A DNA stretch of 64,000 nt from Myxococcota bacterium (lineage in GTDB: Bacteria; Myxococcota_A; UBA796; CAJQPC01). Numbering within the stretch: the stretch's first letter is position 1; every line of letters begins with the position of its first letter. The stretch is from positions 38,616-102,615 of the forward strand of contig JAZAMN010000036.1 in NCBI GenBank assembly GCA_036229005.1, in the 5' to 3' direction. Below the pieces are notes generated by a model that searched no databases, had not been told where the DNA came from, and saw nothing but the letters and a program-made list of their open reading frames with translations. A program made the translations under genes and the position numbers. This document shows positions 1-9,104 of the stretch, piece after piece.

Positions 1-2475
1 ATCCTGCAGCCGCAACCCCAGGCCCTTGCGGAGCAGGAAGGGGATGGGGCCCTGGAAGAAGTGGGCCAGCTCCTGGATGGAGAGCCGCTCCAGAGGCGGC
101 TGCTCCGGAAGCGGCTGGTCGAAGAAAGGCGGCGGGGCCTGGCGGCTGCCCAGCAGGCTCTGTGCGCCGCGCAGGTGGTCCCGGGCGTAGGAGAAGCGCG
201 GCGGCTGGAAGTTCCGGGGCGAGAAGGGCTGCAGCGGGTGCTCATGCACCAGGCGCTCCCGCAGGCGCCGCTCCTGTTCGTCGTCGTCCAGCGCGGGGTC
301 CGGGGGCAGGGTGCAGGTCTCCAGGACCGAGTCCAGCAGCTCCGAGACGACAACGGAGGGGGGCAGGGGCTTGTTGTCCCGCACACCCAGGCCGGTGTAG
401 CTGATCCACAGCCGATCCCGCGCGGACAGCGTGCTCTCCAGGAAGAGGTAGCGGTCGTCCTCTCGGGGGGAGCGGTCGCCCAGCTTGGGCTCGGTCACCA
501 GGTGGTCGAAGCCGAGCTGCTGCCCGTGACGGGGGAAGGCGCGCTCGTCCATCCCCAGCATGCAGACGACCCGGAAGGGGATGGTCCGCATGGGCACCAT
601 TCCGCAGAACAGCACCCGGCCCCCCAGGAAGGAAGCCGAAGGTCGGCTCTCTCCGAACAGGCTCTCCAGGTGCAGCCGCAGCACCCGCAGGTCCACCGGC
701 TCGCTGTGCTCCGCGGAGTGCTCGACGGCCTCTTGGAGGGCCTCCAGGAGCTGCAGGTGCTGCCAGGCGTTGTCGTCATCCCGGTGCAGCAGGGCGGCCA
801 TCAGCGCGCCGATGTCCGCGGCCCAGCGCTCCAGGGAGCGGGGGTGCTCCAGTGCGGCGAGCTGAACGCGCAGCTTCTGGACGAAGTCCACGAAGCGACC
901 GAGCTGGTGCGTGGTCTGTCCCTCGATCTCGTCGTAGGGGAGCACGCCCTGCCACATGCGGCGCCCGTCTCCGGGCATCGCCACGCCCAGGAGCAGCCGC
1001 TCCAGCCCGAAGGCCCAGGTGTTCTGGGGATCCGCCGGCTGGCCCATGCGCTGCCGGTGTGCTGCGTCCCAGCCCCAGCGGATGCCCGACGCCGCCACCC
1101 ACTCCGTGAGCTGCTCGAGGTCCTGGGACACGAGCCCCTGGCGCTGCCGGATCTCCGGGTGGCTGAGCAGGTCCAGCACCGCGCTGGCCTGAGCCCGGCC
1201 ACCCACCAGCTCCAGGATGGCCAGGGTCGCCGACGCCACCCCATTGCCCTTGCGCATGCTTCGGTCCGCCACCTTGAAGGGGATGAAGCGGTCGTCTTCC
1301 TGCGCGCGATCGAACACGGCGTGGATGAGGGGCGCCCAGCTCTCGACATCGGGCAGCAAGACCACCACATCCCGGGGCTTGAGCGCAGGCAGGGTGTTGA
1401 AGAGGTGGAGCAGGTGGTCCTGGAGCAACTGGACCTGCCGCATGGGGCTGTGGCACGCGTGCAGCTGAACGGACTGGTCGGCATCGGCGAGGACAATCGC
1501 AGGCCGATCCCGGCCCCTCCGCTCCAGGGCCAGCATGTCGGACTGCAGGGCGTGCAGCAGCGTGTCGGAGCCCGGGTCCACGAACAGGTCCGGCCGCGGC
1601 TCCACGTAGGGGTGCTTCTCGACGATGGCCTGGAAGTCCCGCCCCAGCTTGCCCAGGCTGGCCAGCAAGGGGTGGCCCTCCTCCATCGCGAGGGCCTCCT
1701 CCGCGAGCTGGGGCTGGGCGAAGAGGCTGCGCTGGATCTCCCGCTTGGAGCGGATGTCCGCCCACCACTGGTCCGAGGGGCTGAGCAGGTAGAGCGACAG
1801 GTCCACGTGTCCGGCCAGCAGGGCCAGCACCTGGGTGTACATGGGCGGCAGGGTCGTGACCCCGAACACGCTCACCCGCTCGGGCAGCGCCGGGAAGTGC
1901 CCCCCTCGGTGGGTGACCCGGTCGGTGAACTGGCGCATCAGCTCGGGCAGGGTGGGGGTGTCCAGGCGGGCCCGCAGCCATTGGAAGAGCAGCGGCTGCC
2001 AGGTGTCGAAGCTGTCGTCGGCGCGGGCCCAGCGGAGCAGCAGCTCAGGGCGGTACGAGGCGTAGCGCTCGAACACCCGGGCGATGCGGCTGGCGAGCTG
2101 GAAGCGCTTGAGGCCCTTGGGATCGTCCTGGACGTAGCCGCGCAGCGGCGCGAACTCCTCGCGCTCGAGCAGCTCTCCCAAGCCAGCGAGGATGGTCCAG
2201 ACCAGGCGCGGTGGATCCCAGCACTCCAGGCTGCCCTCCGGCATCTCCAGGACCTGCGTGAAGGCCTGCTGGACCAGGCGCCCGGGGAAGGGGTGCTCCA
2301 GGTTGGCGGCGATCCCGTGGTGCTGCGCGAGCTGCAGGCCCAGCCAGCGCGACATGCCCCGCGAAGCCACCGAGATCACCTCGGGTGCGAGGGGGTTGGA
2401 CAGAGGTGTGTCCAGCGAGCGTGCCAGAGGGGTGAGCAGCCGCTCTACCTGATTGCTCCTGAATACCTTCAACAC
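1..2475 (-). CDS. recC: Exodeoxyribonuclease V gamma subunit (RecC), 5' part; continues beyond the left edge
   Basis: Manual translation from GTG at 2475 gives MLKVFRSNQVERLL...LAPEVISVASRGMSRWLGLQLAQHHGIAANLEHPFP, matching the RecC N-terminus. Internal RecC-like motifs include VQLHACHSPMRQVQLL, DVVVLLPDVESWAP and VLFCGMVPMRTIPFRVVCMLGMDE. Missing from the ORF track, presumably because its stop lies outside the window. Confidence 0.92.
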   Translation of the reverse strand, partial: MLKVFRSNQVERLLTPLARSLDTPLSNPLAPEVISVASRGMSRWLGLQLAQHHGIAANLEHPFPGRLVQQAFTQVLEMPEGSLECWDPPRLVWTILAGLGELLEREEFAPLRGYVQDDPKGLKRFQLASRIARVFERYASYRPELLLRWARADDSFDTWQPLLFQWLRARLDTPTLPELMRQFTDRVTHRGGHFPALPERVSVFGVTTLPPMYTQVLALLAGHVDLSLYLLSPSDQWWADIRSKREIQRSLFAQPQLAEEALAMEEGHPLLASLGKLGRDFQAIVEKHPYVEPRPDLFVDPGSDTLLHALQSDMLALERRGRDRPAIVLADADQSVQLHACHSPMRQVQLLQDHLLHLFNTLPALKPRDVVVLLPDVESWAPLIHAVFDRAQEDDRFIPFKVADRSMRKGNGVASATLAILELVGGRAQASAVLDLLSHPEIRQRQGLVSQDLEQLTEWVAASGIRWGWDAAHRQRMGQPADPQNTWAFGLERLLLGVAMPGDGRRMWQGVLPYDEIEGQTTHQLGRFVDFVQKLRVQLAALEHPRSLERWAADIGALMAALLHRDDDNAWQHLQLLEALQEAVEHSAEHSEPVDLRVLRLHLESLFGESRPSASFLGGRVLFCGMVPMRTIPFRVVCMLGMDERAFPRHGQQLGFDHLVTEPKLGDRSPREDDRYLFLESTLSARDRLWISYTGLGVRDNKPLPPSVVVSELLDSVLETCTLPPDPALDDDEQERRLRERLVHEHPLQPFSPRNFQPPRFSYARDHLRGAQSLLGSRQAPPPFFDQPLPEQPPLERLSIQELAHFFQGPIPFLLRKGLGLRLQD

Positions 2476-2539
2476 AAGGCGTCCCCGTTGAGAGTCATCA
2501 GGCTATCGCCTGGCAGAGCCAAAAACTGTCCGGGGGCGA

Positions 2540-3565
2540 TCACTTCTTGCGGGATCCTCGGCGTCCCCCCTGGCGCTTCTGCTCGATCTCCTGCAGCTCC
2601 TCCCGCAGCTTGCGCCAGGCCTCGACCCGCTCGGGATCCACGCTCCCGGCCTCGACCGCCTGGTCGAACGCACAGCCCTCGTCCCCGTTGTGCCGGCAGT
2701 CGTTGTACAGGCAGTGGGCCGCCAGGCTGGCGATCTCCGGGAAGGCCTCGTCCAGGCCGTCCGCGCTCCACAAGCGCATCTCCCGCATGCCGGGGGTGTC
2801 GACCACGAGCGCTCCACCGGGCAGGGCGAAGAGCTCTCGGTGGGTGGTGGTGTGCCGGCCCTTGGCGTCCTTCTCGCGGACCTCGGCGGTGGCCTGCAGG
2901 TCCTCGCCGACGAGCTGGTTGAGCAGGGTGGACTTCCCGACGCCCGAGCTGCCCAGAAGGCAGACCGTCATCCGGGGCTCCAGGAAGGGCGCCAAGGCCT
3001 CCAGGCCCGCGCCATGCTTGGCGGCGATCGCCAGCACGGGGGCGCCTGCGGCGATCTCCTCCACCGCCTCCAGGGCCTCCTCGACGTCCTCGGGGTCCAC
3101 CTGGTCGGTCTTGTTCAGGAGCACGACGGGCTCGGCGCCGCTCTCCCAGGTGGCCGCCAGGTAGCGCTCCATGCGGCGCAGGTTGAAGTCCCCGTCCAGG
3201 GCCATCAGCAGGAAGGCCCGGTCGATGTTCGCGGCGACCACCTGGGGCTTGGCGTGGAGCCCGGCGACCTTGCGGACGAAGAGGCTCTTGCGGCCCAGCA
3301 CGGCCTCGACGGTGGGGCGGCGCCCCTTCCCCAGACGCAGCGCGACGAAGTCACCGACCCCGGGGAGATCGATGGACTCCGAGCGGTGGCGCAGGCGACC
3401 GGTGGCGCGGGCCATCACCTCGCCCTTGTCGGAGCGGACGCGCCAGGCGCCGCGGTGCTCCGAGACCACCCGCGCGCCCAGCAGGCCGCGGATCTTGAGC
3501 TCGACGCCGATCTGGGCCAGCTCGCTCTGGTGTTCCGGGGTCCAGCCCAGGGTCTTGAGATCCAT
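2540..3565 (-). CDS. rsgA: Ribosome small subunit-dependent GTPase A
   Basis: Circularly permuted GTPase motifs NKTD, GSSGVGKS, GRHTTT and DTPG, plus C-terminal Zn site CLYNDCRHNGDEGC. Confidence 0.95.
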   Translation of the reverse strand: MDLKTLGWTPEHQSELAQIGVELKIRGLLGARVVSEHRGAWRVRSDKGEVMARATGRLRHRSESIDLPGVGDFVALRLGKGRRPTVEAVLGRKSLFVRKVAGLHAKPQVVAANIDRAFLLMALDGDFNLRRMERYLAATWESGAEPVVLLNKTDQVDPEDVEEALEAVEEIAAGAPVLAIAAKHGAGLEALAPFLEPRMTVCLLGSSGVGKSTLLNQLVGEDLQATAEVREKDAKGRHTTTHRELFALPGGALVVDTPGMREMRLWSADGLDEAFPEIASLAAHCLYNDCRHNGDEGCAFDQAVEAGSVDPERVEAWRKLREELQEIEQKRQGGRRGSRKK

Positions 3566-3592
3566 GCTCCGGGTCTAACCGAAGCCGGGCGC

Positions 3593-3961
3593 TCAGGCGG
3601 CCAGGTGGAGGCTCCGGCGCAGATCCTGGCTTGGGGGGGCCTGCAGGGTGTTGCAGCCCGTGAACTCCTCCAGGCCCATCTCGAACCAGGAGACCAGCTC
3701 AAAGGGGACGCGCCCGCCGATCTTCTCGAAGTTCACCGTCAGCTCGCGCTGGCCCAGGGTGGCCTCCAGCCAGATGTGCTGACCGTCGACCTGTACCGAG
3801 GCGTGGACCTGGTCTCCGTGGACCCGGATCCGGGACTTGGGCAACGCCAGGAAGAGAGCGGTCTCGATGACGCGCGGCATCAGGTAGCGCATGCGCAGGT
3901 AGCCGCGCTGGTCGGCGACGGTCCAGGCGACCAGGCGGCCGAGGGACTGGGGGCGAATCAT
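3593..3961 (-). CDS. Hypothetical protein (122 aa)
   Basis: Fits the gap between the MFS gene and rsgA on the same strand; GGAG RBS; no motif recognised. Confidence 0.6.
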   Translation of the reverse strand: MIRPQSLGRLVAWTVADQRGYLRMRYLMPRVIETALFLALPKSRIRVHGDQVHASVQVDGQHIWLEATLGQRELTVNFEKIGGRVPFELVSWFEMGLEEFTGCNTLQAPPSQDLRRSLHLAA

Positions 3962-3994
3962 CTGGGGACTCCGTGTGCTGGCTGTCCCCTCGGA

Positions 3995-5287
3995 TCAGGT
4001 GTCCGCCCATTCAAGCGGCTCGCCTTGCTTTTTGAGCCAGATCTGCCGGAGCTGCCAGAGAAGCCCTGAGGTGCAGAGGGCGGCGCCCATCCACACCGCC
4101 AGCGTCTGCGCACCGGTCCCCGCGTCGGAGGCCCAGCTATAGATCGCCGTGGAGGCCGCGAAGGTCGCCGTGAAGCCGGCCAGCTCCGCCGAGAACACCC
4201 GCCCCAGCAAGCGCCCGGGGACCACCTGCTGCAGGCGCACGGTCGAGAAGACCCAGCAGGTCGCGCCGCCCAGGTGGGCGATGGCGATCAGAAGCATCGC
4301 GTGGTGGAGCATCCCGGCCAGCCCCACGAGCGCGTAGAACACGCCGCCCCACAGAAAGCCCAGCCCGATCAGCCGCTCCATTCGGGCCTTGTCGCCCCGG
4401 GACATCCACCTGGCCAGAAAGGGGCCCAGGCCTGTGCCGATCCCGCGCGCCACGTAGAGCGCCGTGACCCCCAGCATGTCGCTGTCCTGCACCCGCGCGG
4501 CCAGCCCCGAGAACAGGCTGTCATCGCGGGCGTGCAGCGGCCCCTCGCCCAGCAGGGTCAGGATCAGGGTCGCCGCGCCGCCGATGGTCCAGAGGCTCTT
4601 CACGAACACCAGCGTCCAGACCCGGCGGTGGCTCGCCATGTATTGGACGCCCTCGGCCAGGGTCCCGGAGCCCTTGCGCTCCGGCGCCTCGATCGCCGGG
4701 AGTCGCAGCAGGAAAGCCATCGAGATGAGGTAGGACGCCGCGTCCGCCAGCAGCGCCGCCTCCCAGCCCATCCAGGCCGTGACCAGCCCGCCCGCCGCCG
4801 CGCCGAGGGTCAGCATCGCCGACCAGGTCGCCGCGTCCAGGGCACCTGCTGTCTCCAGGTCCTCCGCCTTGACCACCGACGGCACGATCGCCCGCCGCGC
4901 CGGCTCGAAGAAGGCCCCCATGAAGGCCTGCAGCGCGACCAGCGCGTACAGCACCGGCAGCGAGGGGTACCAGATCTGCGCGAGCATCCCCAGCACCACG
5001 ATCGCCCGGCCGATGTCCGAGAGGATCATCACCTGCTGGCGGTTGAAGCGGTCCACCACCAGCCCGGCCAGCGGGGTCGCCAGCAGCGGCGGCAGGCTCT
5101 TGAGGATCAGCGTGCCACCCAGGGCCATCGCGCTGTTGCCGCCCACCTCCCGCAGCAGCGCGACCAGCGCCAGCAGGTTGAACCAGTCGCCGGCCATGCT
5201 GACCAGCCGGGCCAGATAGATCCGGCGGTACGCCGCGTTCGTCCGCAGCAGGGCCAGCACACCCGATGGTCCCTGAGGAGCGTTCAT
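3995..5287 (-). CDS. MFS transporter (DHA3/MFS_3-like)
   Basis: About 12 hydrophobic segments; motif A-like AGLVVDRFNRQQVMILSD and GRVFS in the C-half; start taken at MNAPQG (5287). Confidence 0.88.
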   Translation of the reverse strand: MNAPQGPSGVLALLRTNAAYRRIYLARLVSMAGDWFNLLALVALLREVGGNSAMALGGTLILKSLPPLLATPLAGLVVDRFNRQQVMILSDIGRAIVVLGMLAQIWYPSLPVLYALVALQAFMGAFFEPARRAIVPSVVKAEDLETAGALDAATWSAMLTLGAAAGGLVTAWMGWEAALLADAASYLISMAFLLRLPAIEAPERKGSGTLAEGVQYMASHRRVWTLVFVKSLWTIGGAATLILTLLGEGPLHARDDSLFSGLAARVQDSDMLGVTALYVARGIGTGLGPFLARWMSRGDKARMERLIGLGFLWGGVFYALVGLAGMLHHAMLLIAIAHLGGATCWVFSTVRLQQVVPGRLLGRVFSAELAGFTATFAASTAIYSWASDAGTGAQTLAVWMGAALCTSGLLWQLRQIWLKKQGEPLEWADT

Positions 5288-5351
5288 GCCCCTCTCTATC
5301 CGGCAAGGCCCCAGGCGGCGGGCTATCTGCTGCCCCCGAGGGAAAGACGCT

Positions 5352-6218
5352 ATGTCCCAAGACTGGACCCACGCCCAGTGGCACCCCTTCCTCAAGCCCC
5401 AGGACTGGAAGGGCGCCGAGCACGCCATCTGCCACCCGCTCCTGGCCACCGCCCAGGACGTGCCCGAGATGCCCTGGGTGGCGCTCTGCCGCGATCTGCC
5501 CGAGCAGTTCATCTTCCCCCCGGCGGAAGAGGTCGACGGCCTCACCCTCAAGCAGCTCGGCCCGCTCGCCCTCACCAACATGGCGCAGACCAAGGTGGAG
5601 TGGGCCATCCAGCACGCCGGCGAGGTCCCCCTCCTGGTCGGCAAGGGCCCCTACGCCGCCGAGCAGCTCCTGGATCCCGCGCTCCCCGCCTTCGCCCTCC
5701 AGAAGCTCGGGGTCTCCAAGGTCGTCGCCGCCGCGCCCCGCCGCGGGATCCTGCTGATCCGCCCCTCCGAGGGCCCCGGGCTCGACGCCTTCCAGGCCTG
5801 GATCGCCCACCTCTTCTACGCCGAGGCCCACCAGCCCGTGATGCCCTTCGGGCTCATCCTCGGAGAGGCCGGAATCCACGGCGTCCTGCGCGATGAGCAG
5901 CTCCTCGCCTTGGGTCGGGATCGCGCGCAGAGCGGGGCGTCCAAGCGCCTGGTCCAGGTGGTGGGCTACCAGGCCGCGACCCAGACCCTCTTCCTCTCCT
6001 GTGCCCCCGCGCCCGGTCAGGGCCTCCCCCCCGAAGACCTCGACTGGATGCAGCGAATCGTCGACGAGGGCGTCTTCCAGGGGCGCCCCGTGCTCCAGCT
6101 CCGCATGACCCTGCCCAGCGTCGGTCTGGCCCAGCTCATCGCGCCCCACGTCCAGGAGCTGCCCATCTCCCTGGAGGCCGTCGGGCCTGACGGCAAGCTC
6201 GTCCCCGTGGGGATCTGA
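5352..6218 (+). CDS. Hypothetical protein, N-terminal half DUF1444/YtpQ-like
   Basis: ATG at 5352; the pattern PWVALCRD...ALTNM...GKGPYAAEQLL...AAAPRRGILLI resembles DUF1444 by eye. Confidence 0.55.
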   Translation: MSQDWTHAQWHPFLKPQDWKGAEHAICHPLLATAQDVPEMPWVALCRDLPEQFIFPPAEEVDGLTLKQLGPLALTNMAQTKVEWAIQHAGEVPLLVGKGPYAAEQLLDPALPAFALQKLGVSKVVAAAPRRGILLIRPSEGPGLDAFQAWIAHLFYAEAHQPVMPFGLILGEAGIHGVLRDEQLLALGRDRAQSGASKRLVQVVGYQAATQTLFLSCAPAPGQGLPPEDLDWMQRIVDEGVFQGRPVLQLRMTLPSVGLAQLIAPHVQELPISLEAVGPDGKLVPVGI

Positions 6219-6665
6219 GTGGGGGAGGGCGGGTACAAGCTCCTGCTCATCGGCGCCATCGCCGCCATCGCCCTGATGTTGGGCTGCGCCGCGCTCTTGG
6301 GAGGCGTGCACCTGAGCGGTCTGGGATCTCGGACCACCACCCAGACCGAGCAGGCCGCCCAGGACGGCGCGAGATCCGGCCGCACCAGCGAGGTCATTGG
6401 TTGCGTGACCCGGTCCCTGGAGCGTCAGGACGCGTGCGGAGATCTGGATCCCGTCTGCCAGCTCGAGGCCAGCGCCTGGAGCGCCGGCTGCCTCAGCGAG
6501 GCCGACGACCCCACCGGGATCTGCAGCCAGGCCCCATCCCCGCTGGACACCGAGGCCTCCGTCGCCTGGACCGTCGAGGTCTGCGCCCAGCTCGGCGACC
6601 CCCCGGAATGCCTGAGCCGCCTGGGCCCCATCCAGCAGCTCTGCGCGCTCCAGTCGGAGCTCTGA
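6219..6665 (+). CDS. Membrane-anchored/exported Cys-rich hypothetical protein
   Basis: Starts immediately after the upstream stop; N-terminal hydrophobic helix; 8 Cys in the soluble part. Confidence 0.7.
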   Translation: MGEGGYKLLLIGAIAAIALMLGCAALLGGVHLSGLGSRTTTQTEQAAQDGARSGRTSEVIGCVTRSLERQDACGDLDPVCQLEASAWSAGCLSEADDPTGICSQAPSPLDTEASVAWTVEVCAQLGDPPECLSRLGPIQQLCALQSEL

Positions 6666-6674
6666 GGGCGCTCA

Positions 6675-6737
6675 GGGCGCGCGCTGGACCTTCGGGGCGC
6701 GCTCGTCCTTCGGGGCGCGCTGGTCCTTTCGGGGGCG
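6675..6737. repeat. Three tandem ~18-bp GC-rich units (GGGGCGCGCTGGWCCTTC) forming CC-TTCG-GG hairpins between convergent genes
   Basis: Read directly from the sequence. Confidence 0.65.
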
Positions 6738-7052
6738 CTACTTCTTCTGGTCGCGCAGGGCCTTGAGACGGGCCAACTCCTCCTCCGCGCGGGACTTCCG
6801 GGCCAGGCGCTCCTGGTGCACCCGCTTCCGGCCGCTCTCGTTGGCCGCCATGCGGGCCCGGGCGCGGTCTTCGAGCTCCGCGTCGGCCGCCTGCACCTCT
6901 TCGAGATCCCCGACCAGGTGCTTCTCCAGGTCGTCCACGACCTCGTGCGCGGCCTTCTCCGCGGCGGCCTGGGCGGCCTTGGTGGAGGCGTCGGTGGCGA
7001 TCACCTGGCCGGTCTTCTTGAGGCGCGAAAGCAGGTCGTCGAGCAGGCTCAT
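6738..7052 (-). CDS. Small coiled-coil hypothetical protein
   Basis: Ala/Glu/Lys-rich helical protein ending AEEELARLKALRDQKK; strong GC3 codon bias. Confidence 0.75.
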   Translation of the reverse strand: MSLLDDLLSRLKKTGQVIATDASTKAAQAAAEKAAHEVVDDLEKHLVGDLEEVQAADAELEDRARARMAANESGRKRVHQERLARKSRAEEELARLKALRDQKK

Positions 7053-7081
7053 GCCGGGATCCTACCCACCGCGCGGGCCCC

Positions 7082-7627
7082 TCAGAAGAGGCGATCCGGG
7101 TCGCAGGACCAGTTGTCACAGTCCACCACGTGCAGCCGGAGCACGCGCACCGTGGTCTGGGGCCCCGGATCCACGCGCACCTGCACGCTGTGCTCCGCGC
7201 CCTGCCCGCCCTGGGGCAGCTTCATGACGCGCACCCAGCCCTGGGACTGATCGCCGCTGCTGATCCAGCGGTACTTGGTCACGGCGCTTTGGCCCTCCAG
7301 GAAGGCCTCGCCCGAGAAGTCGATCGCCCCGGGCTGCCCGTCCACCTCCAGCTCACCGCTGAGCCAGGGGCGCTGGAAGTGGTGCGAGACGTCCAGCTCC
7401 ACCCAGATCTCCTGGGCGTGCGGGCCCTCGGTCCAGCGCAGGGTGTCGGCCACGCCGGGGTCCAGGGCCAGCGTGCTCTGGGGCTCCGAGGGGAGCATCG
7501 CCAGCATCATCGCCGCAATGACACCGGCGGTCCCTGCGAACAACAGCAGCGCACCCAGGGTGGATGCGGCCATCACCCCAAAGCTCACGGCCGTCAGGCC
7601 AAAGAGGAAGCGTCTGTCGTCGGACAT
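7082..7627 (-). CDS. Hypothetical membrane protein (2 TM followed by a beta-rich domain)
   Basis: Start MSDDRRFLF (alternative 7636); hydrophobic N-terminus. Confidence 0.65.
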   Translation of the reverse strand: MSDDRRFLFGLTAVSFGVMAASTLGALLLFAGTAGVIAAMMLAMLPSEPQSTLALDPGVADTLRWTEGPHAQEIWVELDVSHHFQRPWLSGELEVDGQPGAIDFSGEAFLEGQSAVTKYRWISSGDQSQGWVRVMKLPQGGQGAEHSVQVRVDPGPQTTVRVLRLHVVDCDNWSCDPDRLF

Positions 7628-7658
7628 CGCCGACATCGTATCGGGATACCCTTCCGCC

Positions 7659-9104
7659 GTGGAGTCCATCTCGTCCCAGCAGCGCCTGTTGATCGCCGGC
7701 TGCGGCCCCGTTCGCTGGCTGCGATCCGACCACGGCGTCTTCGGAGAGCACTGGGAGCGCGGCAGCTTCGGCGCCCACGCCGCCCTGTCTCCCGAGGGCA
7801 CGCGGCACGGTCTGCTCGCCGGGATCCCCGGACCGGGCGAGGGGCGCGTGAGCCTCAGCGGCCTGATGGATCGCGAAGCCTGCTGGCTCCCTGAGCCCGA
7901 CTACACCGGAGACCCCGAGCTCATCCCGCTCCCCTCCGACGCGCAGCTCCCCCCCGTCCCCAGAGTGCCCGCGCTGGAGGGCCTCGCCCGCGCCGTGGGG
8001 AGCTGGGCCTCCGTCGAGCTCGGCGGCACCGGCACCCTCGCGATCCGCCGCGGCTGGAGCTCCGAGCGGGCGCGCAGCATCCTCCACGCCATGGGCCAGG
8101 TCGGCTGGCGGCTCAGCTACCTGGAGGACACCCTCGCGCTCCCCCCCGGCGGCCGCGCCCTGTCCCGAGACGGCCTCTTCCTGCGCCTGGTCGACCCGGA
8201 GCAGGGGGATCTCGTCCTCCCCGTCGACGCCCACGTCGCCCGCGCCCTCAGCGGCCTGCGCAGCCTCTACAAGCAGCTCCTGGAGGCCGCCGGTCCCGAG
8301 CTCAGCGCCCGCTTCCTGGAGCAGGAGGAGGATCGCCAGGGCTGGTACGTACGCAGCCAGATCTTCCTGCGGGTGGTCGCCGGCCTCCGCGCCGAGCGGG
8401 AGGAGATCGATCTCGGCGGCGCCCAGGCCCCCCTCTTTGGCCGCTCTCCCGCCAACGCCCCCCAGGAGCTCGAGGCCCTGCACCGCCTGCGGGTGCGCGT
8501 CCGTTTCCCCCCCGCGGACACCTCCGACTGGCTGCAGAAGGTGGAGAAGCCAGGATTCCTGCGTTCGCGCTCGGGTCGCATACGGGTCGGGGGTCTGGGG
8601 TGGAGTCGCCCTGGGTTGCTGCTCCTGGACGCCGGCGAGGACAACAGCGCGCTGATCCGCGGCCTGGAGTCCCTGGGCGTTTCGCCCGAGCCCCTCTCGC
8701 TGGATGAACTCGCGCCGCGGCTGGCCCCCGGGGTCGAGTTCGCCGCCCTGCACCCCGGCTTCGTCCCCGTGCAGGAGCGCACCGCGCCCGTCCTCAGCGG
8801 CCCCGAGATCGTCGGCCCCGAGGTCGGCCTGGAGCCCGAGCAGCCCCAGCAGGCGGAGCAGGCCCTCCCGGAGACCCCCGCCGAGTCGGCGCCCGAGCTG
8901 CCCCAGCGCCCCTTCGAGCCCCAGGTCCTGGAGCTCAGCACTCCGCATCGCCGGGACTCCCTGCGCCTGAGCGTCGAGGGGGCTCCGATCGACGTGAGCC
9001 TCAACCCCCTCGGCGGCGGCCGCGGGCGCTACCTCATCGAGGGCACCGAGCTGGCCCATGGCGCCTTGCTGCGCGTCGACTTCGAGCCCCAGGACGCCTC
9101 GTGA
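7659..9104 (+). CDS. Hypothetical protein, first gene of a four-gene coupled operon
   Basis: GTG start about 7659 (uncertain); TGA overlaps the next GTG (GTGA 9101-9104); acidic Pro-rich linker before a small C-terminal beta domain. Confidence 0.72.
   Translation: MESISSQQRLLIAGCGPVRWLRSDHGVFGEHWERGSFGAHAALSPEGTRHGLLAGIPGPGEGRVSLSGLMDREACWLPEPDYTGDPELIPLPSDAQLPPVPRVPALEGLARAVGSWASVELGGTGTLAIRRGWSSERARSILHAMGQVGWRLSYLEDTLALPPGGRALSRDGLFLRLVDPEQGDLVLPVDAHVARALSGLRSLYKQLLEAAGPELSARFLEQEEDRQGWYVRSQIFLRVVAGLRAEREEIDLGGAQAPLFGRSPANAPQELEALHRLRVRVRFPPADTSDWLQKVEKPGFLRSRSGRIRVGGLGWSRPGLLLLDAGEDNSALIRGLESLGVSPEPLSLDELAPRLAPGVEFAALHPGFVPVQERTAPVLSGPEIVGPEVGLEPEQPQQAEQALPETPAESAPELPQRPFEPQVLELSTPHRRDSLRLSVEGAPIDVSLNPLGGGRGRYLIEGTELAHGALLRVDFEPQDAS

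Noticed and set aside
61..2922. 953-aa plus-strand ORF
   Set aside because: Antisense shadow of recC and rsgA caused by high GC3; no recognisable motifs
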